Below, piece by piece: positions 54,357 to 63,193 of a DNA stretch of 64,000 nt; the stretch's first letter is position 1, and each line of letters begins with the position of its first letter. The DNA is taken from the IMG/VR virus record IMGVR_UViG_3300046501_000246; one strand, written 5' to 3'. Both the position numbers and the translations under genes were made by a program. This stretch comes from a virus. Under the pieces are notes generated by a model. The model saw only the letters and a program-made list of their open reading frames with translations. It was not told the origin of the DNA and did no database searches.

Positions 54357-54599
54357 TTAATATTCATTCCGCTCCGCTATTTTGACGCGGCGTTTTTCCT
54401 CCCAATCTTCTAACGCCGCTTCATCTTCATATGTCCATTCCGGTTCTGGAATGTCGAATTCCTGCCAATCGTCCAAACATTCAATGTCGTATTCATCCGA
54501 CGCCCAATCAATAGCCGCGTCAAACTTCTCCGCATCTAAAGATTGCTGATAAAGAAAATCCAATTCTTCAGGCGACATTGTGCTAGACGCGAAAGCCAT
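54357..54599 (-). CDS. Highly acidic small protein
   Basis: Asp/Glu/Trp-rich; promoter at 54638-54666. Confidence 0.65.
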   Translation of the reverse strand: MAFASSTMSPEELDFLYQQSLDAEKFDAAIDWASDEYDIECLDDWQEFDIPEPEWTYEDEAALEDWEEKRRVKIAERNEY

Positions 54600-54690
54600 G
54601 GCCCAAACTCCTTAAGGCGTTGATTGACTGTGACCTAAACATATTCTTACATTCGGGAAACGTCAAGAGGCTTTTTTGAATTTTTTTATT

Positions 54691-55284
54691 TTACCCGAAT
54701 CGCGTTCCATCTGCCGTAAACGTATAGCCATTAGCGATTATAGATTCTTCCACTACCTCTTGACTTGTCAAATAATCGTGGTCGCGTTCCAGTTGATTGT
54801 AAATCCAGTCCATGAAATCCCGCAACGTTTCGGAGATTGATTCATCGATATCTGATTCAGCCCAATCGCTTTGATTGAAGACGTGAATCGAAGTGCAACG
54901 GGAATGATAGTAATGGCCGCTATGTGTCACCTTAGCAGAAAGGCGATAGAACGCCTTACGTTGCGTTTCCTGCAAAGCCCTAGCAATGCGCGGCAATGTT
55001 TCATCTTGCGGCGCATAGTCGGCTACGGCCTTAACAGCGCCTTTTGCATATTCGTAACTACCTTCAAAGCAAGCTCCATCGCCTTGCGAGCTAAAGCCTG
55101 TAAAATAGATTTTGTCGATTGTGATTCCCATAAGAGCGCCAACGGTTTTGGCGTCTTCATAGACTGCATCAAACCAATCATCATGTAGCGCGCCAGCCTG
55201 ATAAAACCAATCTCTTGCCCTGTTCTTTGCCGACTCGCTTAATTCATTGTATGTGAAAACCGTTGTCTCGATTGTTTCCGGCAT
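54691..55284 (-). CDS. Conserved phage/plasmid-type hypothetical protein
   Basis: TVFTYNELSESAKNRARDW, FSSQGDGACF, NGYTFTADG. Confidence 0.75.
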   Translation of the reverse strand: MPETIETTVFTYNELSESAKNRARDWFYQAGALHDDWFDAVYEDAKTVGALMGITIDKIYFTGFSSQGDGACFEGSYEYAKGAVKAVADYAPQDETLPRIARALQETQRKAFYRLSAKVTHSGHYYHSRCTSIHVFNQSDWAESDIDESISETLRDFMDWIYNQLERDHDYLTSQEVVEESIIANGYTFTADGTRFG

Positions 55285-55375
55285 TGCCTTAGCTCCTATG
55301 TGAAACGTGCTCCATTGCAGTCAACTTAGATGTAATAAAAAGTATGGTCAAGAGTGAATTTTAATTTTTTATATA

Positions 55376-55404
55376 TTGACTTTATATAAAATGTATGGTA
55401 CACT
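55376..55404 (+). promoter_or_regulatory. Promoter of the HNH gene
   Basis: TTGACT-17 nt-TACACT. Confidence 0.7.
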
Positions 55405-55432
55405 TTATTTTTTGTCAAATTTGAGAAATGTT

Positions 55433-55990
55433 ATGAATTTACCTAAGCCTTTACCAAACATTGAAACTTTGTACGACTTGTTAGAATTGAAAGAGGATTT
55501 TACTTTATATTGGAAAGTAAGACCTGTAAAATATTTTGCTGGAAACAATCCAGAGTTAGCCGCGAAGCGCTACAATAGCAGAGATGCAGGAAAGCCCGCA
55601 TTTGATACTATAAGCTCGAAAGGTTATTTGCACGGTCATATATTTAAAGAGCAATACTTAACGCATAGAATTATCTGGAAAATGATTCATGGTTACGATC
55701 CTCAATATATTGACCATATAGACGGAAATCCTTTAAACAATCATATAGACAATTTGAGGGATGTAACGTTTAGTGAAAATATGAAAAACCAAAAAATTAA
55801 ACGAGAAAATCCTAGTAAAGTCATGGGGGTTTCATTAAGGAAAGATTTAATTTCAAAGCCTTGGCGCGCCGTTATTGGTATTGATGGTAAATCTAAAACT
55901 ATTGGATATTTTTCTTCTAAAGAAGAGGCTATTGCAGCAAGAAAAGCCGCTGAGATTATCAACGGCTTTCATGTCAATCATGGCAGGTAA
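55433..55990 (+). CDS. HNH homing endonuclease with AP2-like C-terminus
   Basis: HRIIW, IDHIDGNPLNNHIDNLR, WRAVI...IGYFSSKEEAIAARK. Confidence 0.9.
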   Translation: MNLPKPLPNIETLYDLLELKEDFTLYWKVRPVKYFAGNNPELAAKRYNSRDAGKPAFDTISSKGYLHGHIFKEQYLTHRIIWKMIHGYDPQYIDHIDGNPLNNHIDNLRDVTFSENMKNQKIKRENPSKVMGVSLRKDLISKPWRAVIGIDGKSKTIGYFSSKEEAIAARKAAEIINGFHVNHGR

Positions 55991-55992
55991 GG

Positions 55993-56211
55993 TTATTCGA
56001 CCTTTGCAATCAAGCCGTCGCGCATCGTGACCTTTGCGAAAAATTCCCTGCCGCCGATATGCGGATTGATTGCCGGTCTATGCGCCACAACGAAAGAGCC
56101 ATTGGCTTTGAATTCTTCGCCAAACATAGATGTTTCGCGATACTTAAGCGGCTTGCCCGTCGCCTCTTTAAGCTCTTTCTTGCTCTTGTAGCCAGTTACC
56201 AAAAGTGTCAT
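55993..56211 (-). CDS. Hypothetical early protein
   Basis: YKSKKELKEATGKPL; RBS GAGG; promoter at 56241-56267. Confidence 0.7.
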   Translation of the reverse strand: MTLLVTGYKSKKELKEATGKPLKYRETSMFGEEFKANGSFVVAHRPAINPHIGGREFFAKVTMRDGLIAKVE

Positions 56212-56379
56212 GCCGTTTGCTCCTCTTGTTGATGCATACATAATGACATGTAAGGAAACGGAGTCAAGCGGAAATCTTTATAAAAATAATTTTATTTCGT
56301 GCTATTTTTCTATTGACTACATGTCAGAATCATCATATTCTAAAAACAATTCAAAGACGCCGCAAAAGCCCGAAGGGCG

Positions 56380-56575
56380 GGGCCGAGGATGGGAACGGCG
56401 AACCTGCCCGCTTCAAAGAACGGAACATAGAGGGAACGAACCATGAACTGAAACAAAACGGGAACAAAGATATAACATTTAGGGAACAAAACTGTAACAA
56501 AAAGGGAACGGTGAAACAAATCGTGAACAAACCAAGAACGTGCCAAATGTTCTGGTTTTGTTCCCCTCGATTCAT
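56380..56575. repeat. Cluster of short (G)GAAC/AAAC repeats
   Basis: More than a dozen GGAAC/GAAC/AAAC words in about 200 bp on the + strand. Confidence 0.7.
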
Positions 56576-57107
56576 AGAAATTTTTGAAATAATTTTAAAT
56601 AAAATTGAAACGCTGGCGTGCCAAAAATCGCCGGTTCGCGCCAGAAAAAATGGGACATTGTGATGAGGGAAAAATGGACTCTCGTGATAAAAAAATTACG
56701 AGTCTGTGATGAATGAAAAAACCGGCTCTCTCGATCCGCGTGATGCGATAAGGAGGATCGCGTCATGGGAGAGATGAGCCGGTTCTTAGCAGCATTTGGT
56801 AAAGAGGTTGAAACCAAATGCTGTTTCTGCGATAAAGATTAAAAATGATGCCACGTTCTAGGTGTATGAAGAGAAAGAGGTTACAAATCCAACATAGCAG
56901 GGCTTTAACCTGCGCACCAATTATGATTGAAAGTCTGTTAGGTTCGCCACCGTCAAGCCGCTTGTTGCAGTTCACGGCTTCCTAGAAATTGAACCATCAT
57001 CATCTCATACGATGCCTCTATGACTCGTTACAATCACTAATGCTGCAAACATTAGTTAGAGGTTCGTTCCAATCATGCCACTTGTGTACTTGACCTAAAT
57101 GATTCTG

Positions 57108-57338
57108 TCAAGCGTTAATTTTCGAAACGCGTCTCGCTTCGAATTCAGGATCGTTTACCGTCTCGCCACTGAGCCGAACCGCGACACGACGCACGGTGCA
57201 GTGTTCAGCGCCGGGATACTCCTTGAAGAAGTCTCGTGTTGCCTGTTTGATCTCCCGGTACGGCTTAGTTACTCTGATTGCGCCACCAGTAATGCCAAAC
57301 GCGACATATTTGTTGTAAATCATCTTTTGTTCTCCCAT
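57108..57338 (-). CDS. Hypothetical protein
   Basis: ORF in a minus-strand operon. Confidence 0.55.
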   Translation of the reverse strand: MGEQKMIYNKYVAFGITGGAIRVTKPYREIKQATRDFFKEYPGAEHCTVRRVAVRLSGETVNDPEFEARRVSKINA

Positions 57339-57351
57339 AGATTAGCAAATC

Positions 57352-57564
57352 CTAAATCGTGATTTTTCTGTGTGACAAGTAGGCCCTTTCCAAATTTTCT
57401 GAGGGTCCCTGACCCTGACGAAATTTTTCATGGGTCCCTGCCTCGTCCATGACCTTATGGAACCTACCCCTAGCGAGCGAGCATGCCAGCACGACAAGCT
57501 CAGCCAGATCAAGGTCTGCCGTTTTGATGATAGTATTATTATCGCTGTCCCTCACTGAATACAT
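57352..57564 (-). CDS. Hypothetical protein
   Basis: RBS GGAG. Confidence 0.6.
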   Translation of the reverse strand: MYSVRDSDNNTIIKTADLDLAELVVLACSLARGRFHKVMDEAGTHEKFRQGQGPSENLERAYLSHRKITI

Positions 57565-57735
57565 TGGTCAACTCCCCCAAATACTGTTCTTCCAATTAAT
57601 TGGAGGAACAATGCCACTATGAGTCGTTTTAACATATGTTAGATGTAAGGTAAAGTGAAAATCATAGAAAAAGTCCGGTGGATTACTCTACCGGACCTTG
57701 ACTTATTATATTGATTAACGCAGCGCCTGAGTGAT

Positions 57736-57987
57736 TCAAGCAACAGACTTCCAAGACTTGCTCAGGTTGATCAGCTGCTTGCCGCGAGCCGTTGCGCCAT
57801 AGACGATCTTCTTGCGGCCCCGAGTCGCGGCCTTAATAGCTTCCGTGGTAACGCGTTCCTTTTCAGCGATGTAGCCGAGGTCGATCAGTTCCTGTTTAAC
57901 CGCGTAAGGCACAACATCCTGATTGGTCAGGAGGGCCTTAAGCTGAGCCACGATGCCGGGGTTGGTGCGAAGTTCCTTGCGAGCCAT
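57736..57987 (-). CDS. Hypothetical (winged-helix-like) protein
   Basis: RBS AGGAG; LIDLGYI...YGATARGKQL. Confidence 0.7.
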   Translation of the reverse strand: MARKELRTNPGIVAQLKALLTNQDVVPYAVKQELIDLGYIAEKERVTTEAIKAATRGRKKIVYGATARGKQLINLSKSWKSVA

Positions 57988-58102
57988 GATGTAATCTCCT
58001 TTTCAGTTGGTTGATGGACTTTCTTGTCCGTTTCAATGACCTTAATCTAGTATTCTTTTCTTACTTCGTCAAGCGGTATTTTTAAGTTTTGTAGATTATT
58101 TT

Positions 58103-58315
58103 TCAGTCTTCGAAAACAAATGAGTCCAGTTCCCGCTCATCTATCTCTGCGTAGACAAAGGACTCGTAACGAGTGTGACGATCTTCTTTATAATGCTCCT
58201 CGACCTTCCTTAGAGCTTTGACGGCCTTCTCATTGGAGGAGAATACACCATGATTTTTTGTCGTGTCGCAATATTCATTGCGGGTATAATGAGCAGTTAC
58301 GAGAAATATTTTCAT
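58103..58315 (-). CDS. Hypothetical protein
   Basis: GVFSSNEKA motif; ATGA overlap. Confidence 0.65.
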   Translation of the reverse strand: MKIFLVTAHYTRNEYCDTTKNHGVFSSNEKAVKALRKVEEHYKEDRHTRYESFVYAEIDERELDSFVFED

Positions 58316-58500
58316 TCTGCATCCTCCCCAATCGGATCACGTGTTTCGCTGCTATGGTGCCAGCCCCTGACACCATCACGTTCACGCCTAACGTAATATG
58401 AAGTCTCTCCGAAGCTGGTCTTATGATCGACAACGATGCCGTTCTCAAAATCCTTGGTAAGAGCATTCTTAACGCTCACTGAATCGCCAATCTTTCTCAT
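58312..58500 (-). CDS. Hypothetical SH3-like protein
   Basis: KIGDSVSV; RBS GGAGG. Confidence 0.65.
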   Translation of the reverse strand: MRKIGDSVSVKNALTKDFENGIVVDHKTSFGETSYYVRRERDGVRGWHHSSETRDPIGEDAE

Positions 58501-58789
58501 CAGAACCTCCTGCTTTTGTAGTCCATAATCTTTAATAAATTCACAATAAGCCGAGCGGAGTCCCCTGTCAAGGGGAATTGTAAGGAAAGTGCGAGAATAT
58601 TACATCGAAACTTGTAAGAAAATAAATTCAATAAAATCAACATACTTAGCATATTAGCTATATGTGAATAGGAAAACATTCAGGTGTCCTTTGTCCTAGG
58701 ACTGAGGACAGATAATATTTTCTTACAAGATTGATGACATGAAAAAGGCCAGCGGTAGGCTGGCCTAGGTTAAATTTTTAGTGGGTCCC

Positions 58790-58990
58790 TTAAACGGCAA
58801 GAAGTTCGATCACTACCACGTCCCATCCATCGTAAGGCGAGTGGATGAAATGTATAGACGTAACTCTGCCTACTTTATCGGGGATAGAAACTGTTGATCC
58901 AATAGGCGGGATCACAGGTGAATGCATTGTGAAATCTTTTTCGGTATGAACGGTATTGTCCCACCATTTGAATTTGATTGTCTGATCCAT
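58790..58990 (-). CDS. Hypothetical protein
   Basis: RBS AGGAG; PPIGSTV motif. Confidence 0.6.
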   Translation of the reverse strand: MDQTIKFKWWDNTVHTEKDFTMHSPVIPPIGSTVSIPDKVGRVTSIHFIHSPYDGWDVVVIELLAV

Positions 58991-59045
58991 TTTGTCTCCT
59001 TCGTTATTCATATTAGAGAGATGTGAAGTGGGAAGCTCACATTTT

Positions 59046-59258
59046 TTAAAGTTGATTGTACTGCTGGATGGCTTCATCGAGCGTGGCGAATCCGCCAGTG
59101 TAAGAGCCGTGTGTGCCGGTCTGCTCGACACGATACATAAAGTCATTATCGTATGGAGAGAAGATGAGTGTGAGGGTCTTATTATCTTTTTCAGAACCGG
59201 CAAGCTGATGCTTCACCAAGTGCATAACGTAATTATTGATGTGAACTGTGTGTGCCAT
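59046..59258 (-). CDS. Hypothetical protein
   Basis: RBS AGGAG. Confidence 0.6.
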   Translation of the reverse strand: MAHTVHINNYVMHLVKHQLAGSEKDNKTLTLIFSPYDNDFMYRVEQTGTHGSYTGGFATLDEAIQQYNQL

Positions 59259-59626
59259 ACAAATTCTCCTTTTCGAGTAAGAAATCAATTGTTTAAACTT
59301 TATAATTTGAATGTAAGAAAATGTAAAAGCCTTGTCAAGCCCTCGTTGCGCCAATTTTCAATTATTTTTTGATTTAAATTGAAGTTTAATTTTTAAAAAA
59401 TTCCAAATAATGGAACATATAGCTGGTTGGCTATGGATCGAGCGCTTCAAACCTTCAAAAATTAGGGATTTTTAAAAGATAGCCTAAGAATCGGAGGAAA
59501 AAATGCGATTTTGTTTATAAAAATTAAAGCTTAACTTTTAAAAAATTTAAAATCGCGCAGGTAAAATCACATTAAATGTATCTTTGTAATTGGTGAAAGT
59601 TTGCACTGAGTGCAAAAATTTAGTGA

Positions 59627-59655
59627 TTGACACGTATATTATAATGACTTAGATT
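59627..59655 (+). promoter_or_regulatory. Promoter at the strand switch
   Basis: TTGACA-17 nt-TAGATT. Confidence 0.65.
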
Positions 59656-59684
59656 GCAGGAAATAATTGTAAGGAGGTTTTGTC

Positions 59685-60032
59685 ATGCTCGAACGCTCTA
59701 CTAAATTCATGGAAGAAGCGCTTCAAAAGGCTCAAGACGCTTTAGACACTCTCGTACTTACAGAGACGGTCGAGTTGGTGGAAGATTGGAATAAGCGCTT
59801 TCCTCGCTATGAGTTTCAGATTGGTTGTCATGATCTTTGCAGTTTTCGTTACCGAAAAAAGAATGAGGAAAATTGGGAAGAGCTGGATCATTACAGTCCA
59901 TCAGATTACAAAGGAACACTTCTTAAGGTGGCGCTTGAAGCCAGTAAATTCAGTGACGCGTATTGCGCTCTTGACACACGGTTCTGCGCCTCTAGTTTTG
60001 GCTGGATCGGAAAAGAAGGATACGAGGGATGA
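59685..60032 (+). CDS. Hypothetical protein
   Basis: RBS AGGAGG. Confidence 0.7.
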   Translation: MLERSTKFMEEALQKAQDALDTLVLTETVELVEDWNKRFPRYEFQIGCHDLCSFRYRKKNEENWEELDHYSPSDYKGTLLKVALEASKFSDAYCALDTRFCASSFGWIGKEGYEG

Positions 60033-60256
60033 AAGCCAAAAAGCATTGCGCCGGTAGCTATGAGTATTCAGCTGGTGGCTTCACGGTCTCGGTGTATGAG
60101 GTTGAACCTAATCCTGCATACGGTGACACTAAGCCTATGTGGATCGCTAAAGCCGATTGGACCAGCGATATCTATACCGATCCTTTGGACACGAAGAGGC
60201 AAGCAGTAGATCAGGCTCGCAAGATGCTGAATGAGAAATTGGGAGGCGTAGTATGA
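60029..60256 (+). CDS. Hypothetical protein
   Basis: ATGA overlap. Confidence 0.7.
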   Translation: MKAKKHCAGSYEYSAGGFTVSVYEVEPNPAYGDTKPMWIAKADWTSDIYTDPLDTKRQAVDQARKMLNEKLGGVV

Positions 60257-60555
60257 AACTGTTTCATTGGAACACTTGCGAAGCATTGAGCCGAGTCGGT
60301 TGGGGCCATATCATTGTCATGGCACATGATTTAGAATTCGCGCGGCTTATTGCGGAAAGGAATTTCGTTCTTTATCTGATGGAGGATGAAAGTGCTCCGC
60401 GACATTGGGTAGTTGATCTATACGGCCCTGATGTTGACAAATGGGACGAAGATGATCAGCAGGAATATTTTGATTTGATCAAAAGATTTAAAGCCGATAT
60501 CGCCAAGGAACCTGTTGACAACAAAATCGCTTTGTTTATACAGGGTAGTGAATGA
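60253..60555 (+). CDS. Hypothetical protein
   Basis: ATGA overlap. Confidence 0.7.
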   Translation: MKLFHWNTCEALSRVGWGHIIVMAHDLEFARLIAERNFVLYLMEDESAPRHWVVDLYGPDVDKWDEDDQQEYFDLIKRFKADIAKEPVDNKIALFIQGSE

Positions 60556-60752
60556 TGCGAATCTTAAAAGAAGTTGAAGGCTCAGCCGGGACACGTTTCG
60601 TATCTGAGATAGATTATTTCAAAATCGAATTGGCATCTAATTCGATTTGGTATTTCTTCGAAGGTACGATAATTCAGAATGGCGCAATGTCTCTTGAGCA
60701 ATTGTGCTATATGAATGGTGTGACGCTGGTCTATCAGGAAACAAAGAATTAA
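60552..60752 (+). CDS. Hypothetical protein
   Basis: ATGA overlap. Confidence 0.6.
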   Translation: MMRILKEVEGSAGTRFVSEIDYFKIELASNSIWYFFEGTIIQNGAMSLEQLCYMNGVTLVYQETKN

Positions 60753-60835
60753 ATAAAAATAACTGTTGACAAGGCAATCTAAATCTTCTAAAACTTAATC
60801 ATCGAAGCAGAGAAATTAAGTTTTAGGAGGTTGAC

Positions 60836-61036
60836 ATGGCTACGGATCGTGCTACTTACACCAACACTAAAGGCAGTCACGCTTACGAAGTCTATGTCTA
60901 CGAGGATAAGCAGTGCCGAGTGACTAAGAATTTCAAAGAGAAAATCTTTGAGGTTCATGCTTCAAATCGTAGCCAAGCCGCACGGCGTGTCGAAAAGGAT
61001 GGTTACGAGGTTTGCTCAGTTAATATGATTGGTTGA
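60836..61036 (+). CDS. Hypothetical protein
   Basis: RBS AGGAGG; promoter TTGACA at 60766. Confidence 0.7.
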   Translation: MATDRATYTNTKGSHAYEVYVYEDKQCRVTKNFKEKIFEVHASNRSQAARRVEKDGYEVCSVNMIG

Positions 61037-61048
61037 GAGGAGGGTAAA

Positions 61049-61231
61049 ATGTCTTTCAAAATCGTTGCAGGTGCCCATCAAACAGTCATGGAATTTGGTG
61101 GTGAGAATTCAACACTGGAAGAAATGATCGAAAAGGCAAAGGGTATCGCGAAGAAATACGAAATCGATGAAGTGCTTGTTCTGGAAACGAAAGAGGTTTT
61201 TTCTACAAAAAGAAATAAAAAATCTTCTTGA
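61049..61231 (+). CDS. Hypothetical protein
   Basis: RBS GGAGG. Confidence 0.65.
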   Translation: MSFKIVAGAHQTVMEFGGENSTLEEMIEKAKGIAKKYEIDEVLVLETKEVFSTKRNKKSS

Positions 61232-61271
61232 CATTTCAGATAGTTGGTGTTAAGTTAGAATCATCAAAAGA

Positions 61272-61358
61272 GCGGGCTTGGTGTAATTGCTAGCCACGAC
61301 AGACTTAAAATCTGTTGACCTTTGTGTCGTACCGGTTGGAGTCCGGTAGCCCGTACCA
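61272..61358 (+). tRNA. tRNA-Leu(TAA)
   Basis: ACAGA-CTTAAAA-TCTGT, variable arm, CCA; promoter TTGACA-17-TAAGTT upstream. Confidence 0.92.
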
Positions 61359-61774
61359 ATTGAGTTATGAAAATACAGCGTCCCTCAGAAGCGTTCGCGC
61401 CACGAGGGTTACAAATAGTAAGAGGTACAGAACAGGCCGTTGGCTTGCTTATGAGAAGACTATGGGCTGTGTTTTTATAATTGAATGAAACTGTTTAGGT
61501 GGGGAATGCTGGTTATGCTGATGACCTTGTTCCTTCAAGGTCTAATGAGGAAAGAAGTAGTTTCGAAGGCGGTTGCGACTGGCAGAGAAACATAAGGATA
61601 CTTGGTTCGATTCCCCTCAGTTCCCTTCCTAAATAGTTTGGCTCAACCTGAATTGACAGGTACTGAACCGCTGGAACAGAGGCGCAAAGCCTTGATCGAG
61701 CGGAATGGATAAAGTAAATGTAACAAGCCGTTTCGACGGGAGATAACATTGCTTCGATCCAGCCTTTTTTCTTC

Positions 61775-61851
61775 GGGCGCTTAGCTCAGTTGGTTAGAGC
61801 ATCTGCCTTTTAAGCAGAGGGTCGAGGGTTCAAGTCCCTCAGCGCCTACCA
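61775..61851 (+). tRNA. tRNA-Lys(TTT)
   Basis: Canonical cloverleaf, CCA. Confidence 0.97.
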
Positions 61852-62092
61852 AGAATTACTCATGCCACGAATTGACGTGGGCTGAGATATGCGAGATTAC
61901 TTAGCTAGCGCTGGCCAAGTAATTCACCGGTATCTTGCGATGTAGGCTCCGACTCTGAATCGGATGATGCTTGCGGTGAGTACAAAGTTTAGCGCAACGT
62001 GAGAGTTGCACTTATATACGTGAGCTAGCTACCACGATATGAGGGATGGGTGAGAGACCGATTGCTAATACGAAATTCTAATAGGTGTAGTC

Positions 62093-62356
62093 ATGATTAT
62101 CAAACTACTTCAAGAAAATTGGGATAAAATACTACAAATCGGTGTAGAAGCCGAGAAACGGATGGAGGCTCACATGTCTAAAAACTTCATCCTTGAGGGG
62201 ATTACACGCAAGGGCAAGAACAGGATCAATGAGCACGGCGCGTGCTGGAAATTGGTTGACGTAAGAGATGGAAAGATGCTATTCGAATCCTTGAACACGC
62301 CGGGATACCTCAAGTGGGGTCCAGAGCCGGATTTCAAGATCGTGGAGGGAGACTAG
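62093..62356 (+). CDS. Hypothetical protein
   Basis: GITRKGKNRINEHG motif; the real start may be the ATG near 62174. Confidence 0.65.
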   Translation: MIIKLLQENWDKILQIGVEAEKRMEAHMSKNFILEGITRKGKNRINEHGACWKLVDVRDGKMLFESLNTPGYLKWGPEPDFKIVEGD

Positions 62357-62360
62357 CATC

Positions 62361-62561
62361 ATGGGCGAGACCATTCTTATATATGATGAACGTTACGAAA
62401 GTGGGCCAAGATTTATTGGCTCTTTCAGGAACGTGCCAGAGGATTGGACCGCGAAAGAAACGCTGGTTCGTTACGGGATAGGCGAGCATCTATGCGTGTA
62501 TCGCGATACCTTCGTTCCTAAGAATTGTATTCATCACGGAAAAAGATTTAGATCGGATTAA
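62361..62561 (+). CDS. Hypothetical protein
   Basis: Tightly packed operon. Confidence 0.6.
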   Translation: MGETILIYDERYESGPRFIGSFRNVPEDWTAKETLVRYGIGEHLCVYRDTFVPKNCIHHGKRFRSD

Positions 62562-62562
62562 T

Positions 62563-62769
62563 ATGAAAGATCAGTTTGGTTATACTCCCAATACGGGAAG
62601 CTATCCGCCTTACTTTAATATTACTAAAGTTGACTGCGGTTATCGTGTGACGGTTAGGCGTAAAGCCGAATGGGATGGTGATCTTTGTCTTCCCATGGGT
62701 GGTAATATTGTGGAAGAAACCTTCCCTGAAGATTTCATTGATAAACTGAAAGAGTTTGTCAATGGCTAA
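62563..62769 (+). CDS. Hypothetical protein
   Basis: Tightly packed operon. Confidence 0.6.
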   Translation: MKDQFGYTPNTGSYPPYFNITKVDCGYRVTVRRKAEWDGDLCLPMGGNIVEETFPEDFIDKLKEFVNG

Positions 62770-63088
62770 AAAAGTTGGAAATTATAAAATTCCGTTTGAT
62801 CGTAACGGGAATCAGCTGCATTATCCTGAGAGTTATTGGAGCGGCAATGGGCGTGTCGAATGTGAGATGCGTGATAATCACGCCTTTGAAGACACGATAG
62901 TTTTTGATTCTATGGAGCGGGGTCGCAGTGCTGCTTACTTCTATTTTAAGCGATCCACAGGTGAAAAACTTGTTGTCTTTATGAAAGATTTGTGCGACAT
63001 GATGCCTCACGTTATTAATGGTACTGTAACAGGTACATTCACTTTCGTTAAGCGTGGCGCTAATTTCGGCACGGCTTTAATTAGTTAA
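62762..63088 (+). CDS. Hypothetical phage protein
   Basis: MERGRSAAYFYF...FTFVKRGANFG. Confidence 0.75.
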   Translation: MAKKVGNYKIPFDRNGNQLHYPESYWSGNGRVECEMRDNHAFEDTIVFDSMERGRSAAYFYFKRSTGEKLVVFMKDLCDMMPHVINGTVTGTFTFVKRGANFGTALIS

Positions 63089-63093
63089 ACTAT

Positions 63094-63183
63094 CTACACG
63101 TACCGGTCAGGGTTTCTACCCCTTAGTAACCGTAATTGGAGGCGATAACATCAATGGGGGTTCGAGTCCCTCCGTGTAGGCCA
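63094..63183 (+). tRNA. Atypical D-armless tRNA-Arg(TCT)-like RNA
   Basis: Acceptor CTACACG/CGTGTAG+GCCA; T-arm GGGGG-TTCGAGT-CCCTC; AGGG-TTTCTAC-CCCT right after a short linker. Confidence 0.7.
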
Positions 63184-63193
63184 TTTTTAAGAA

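Noticed and set aside
56313-56975. ORFs across the GAAC repeat region
   Set aside because: Low-complexity products in several frames on both strands, without RBS.
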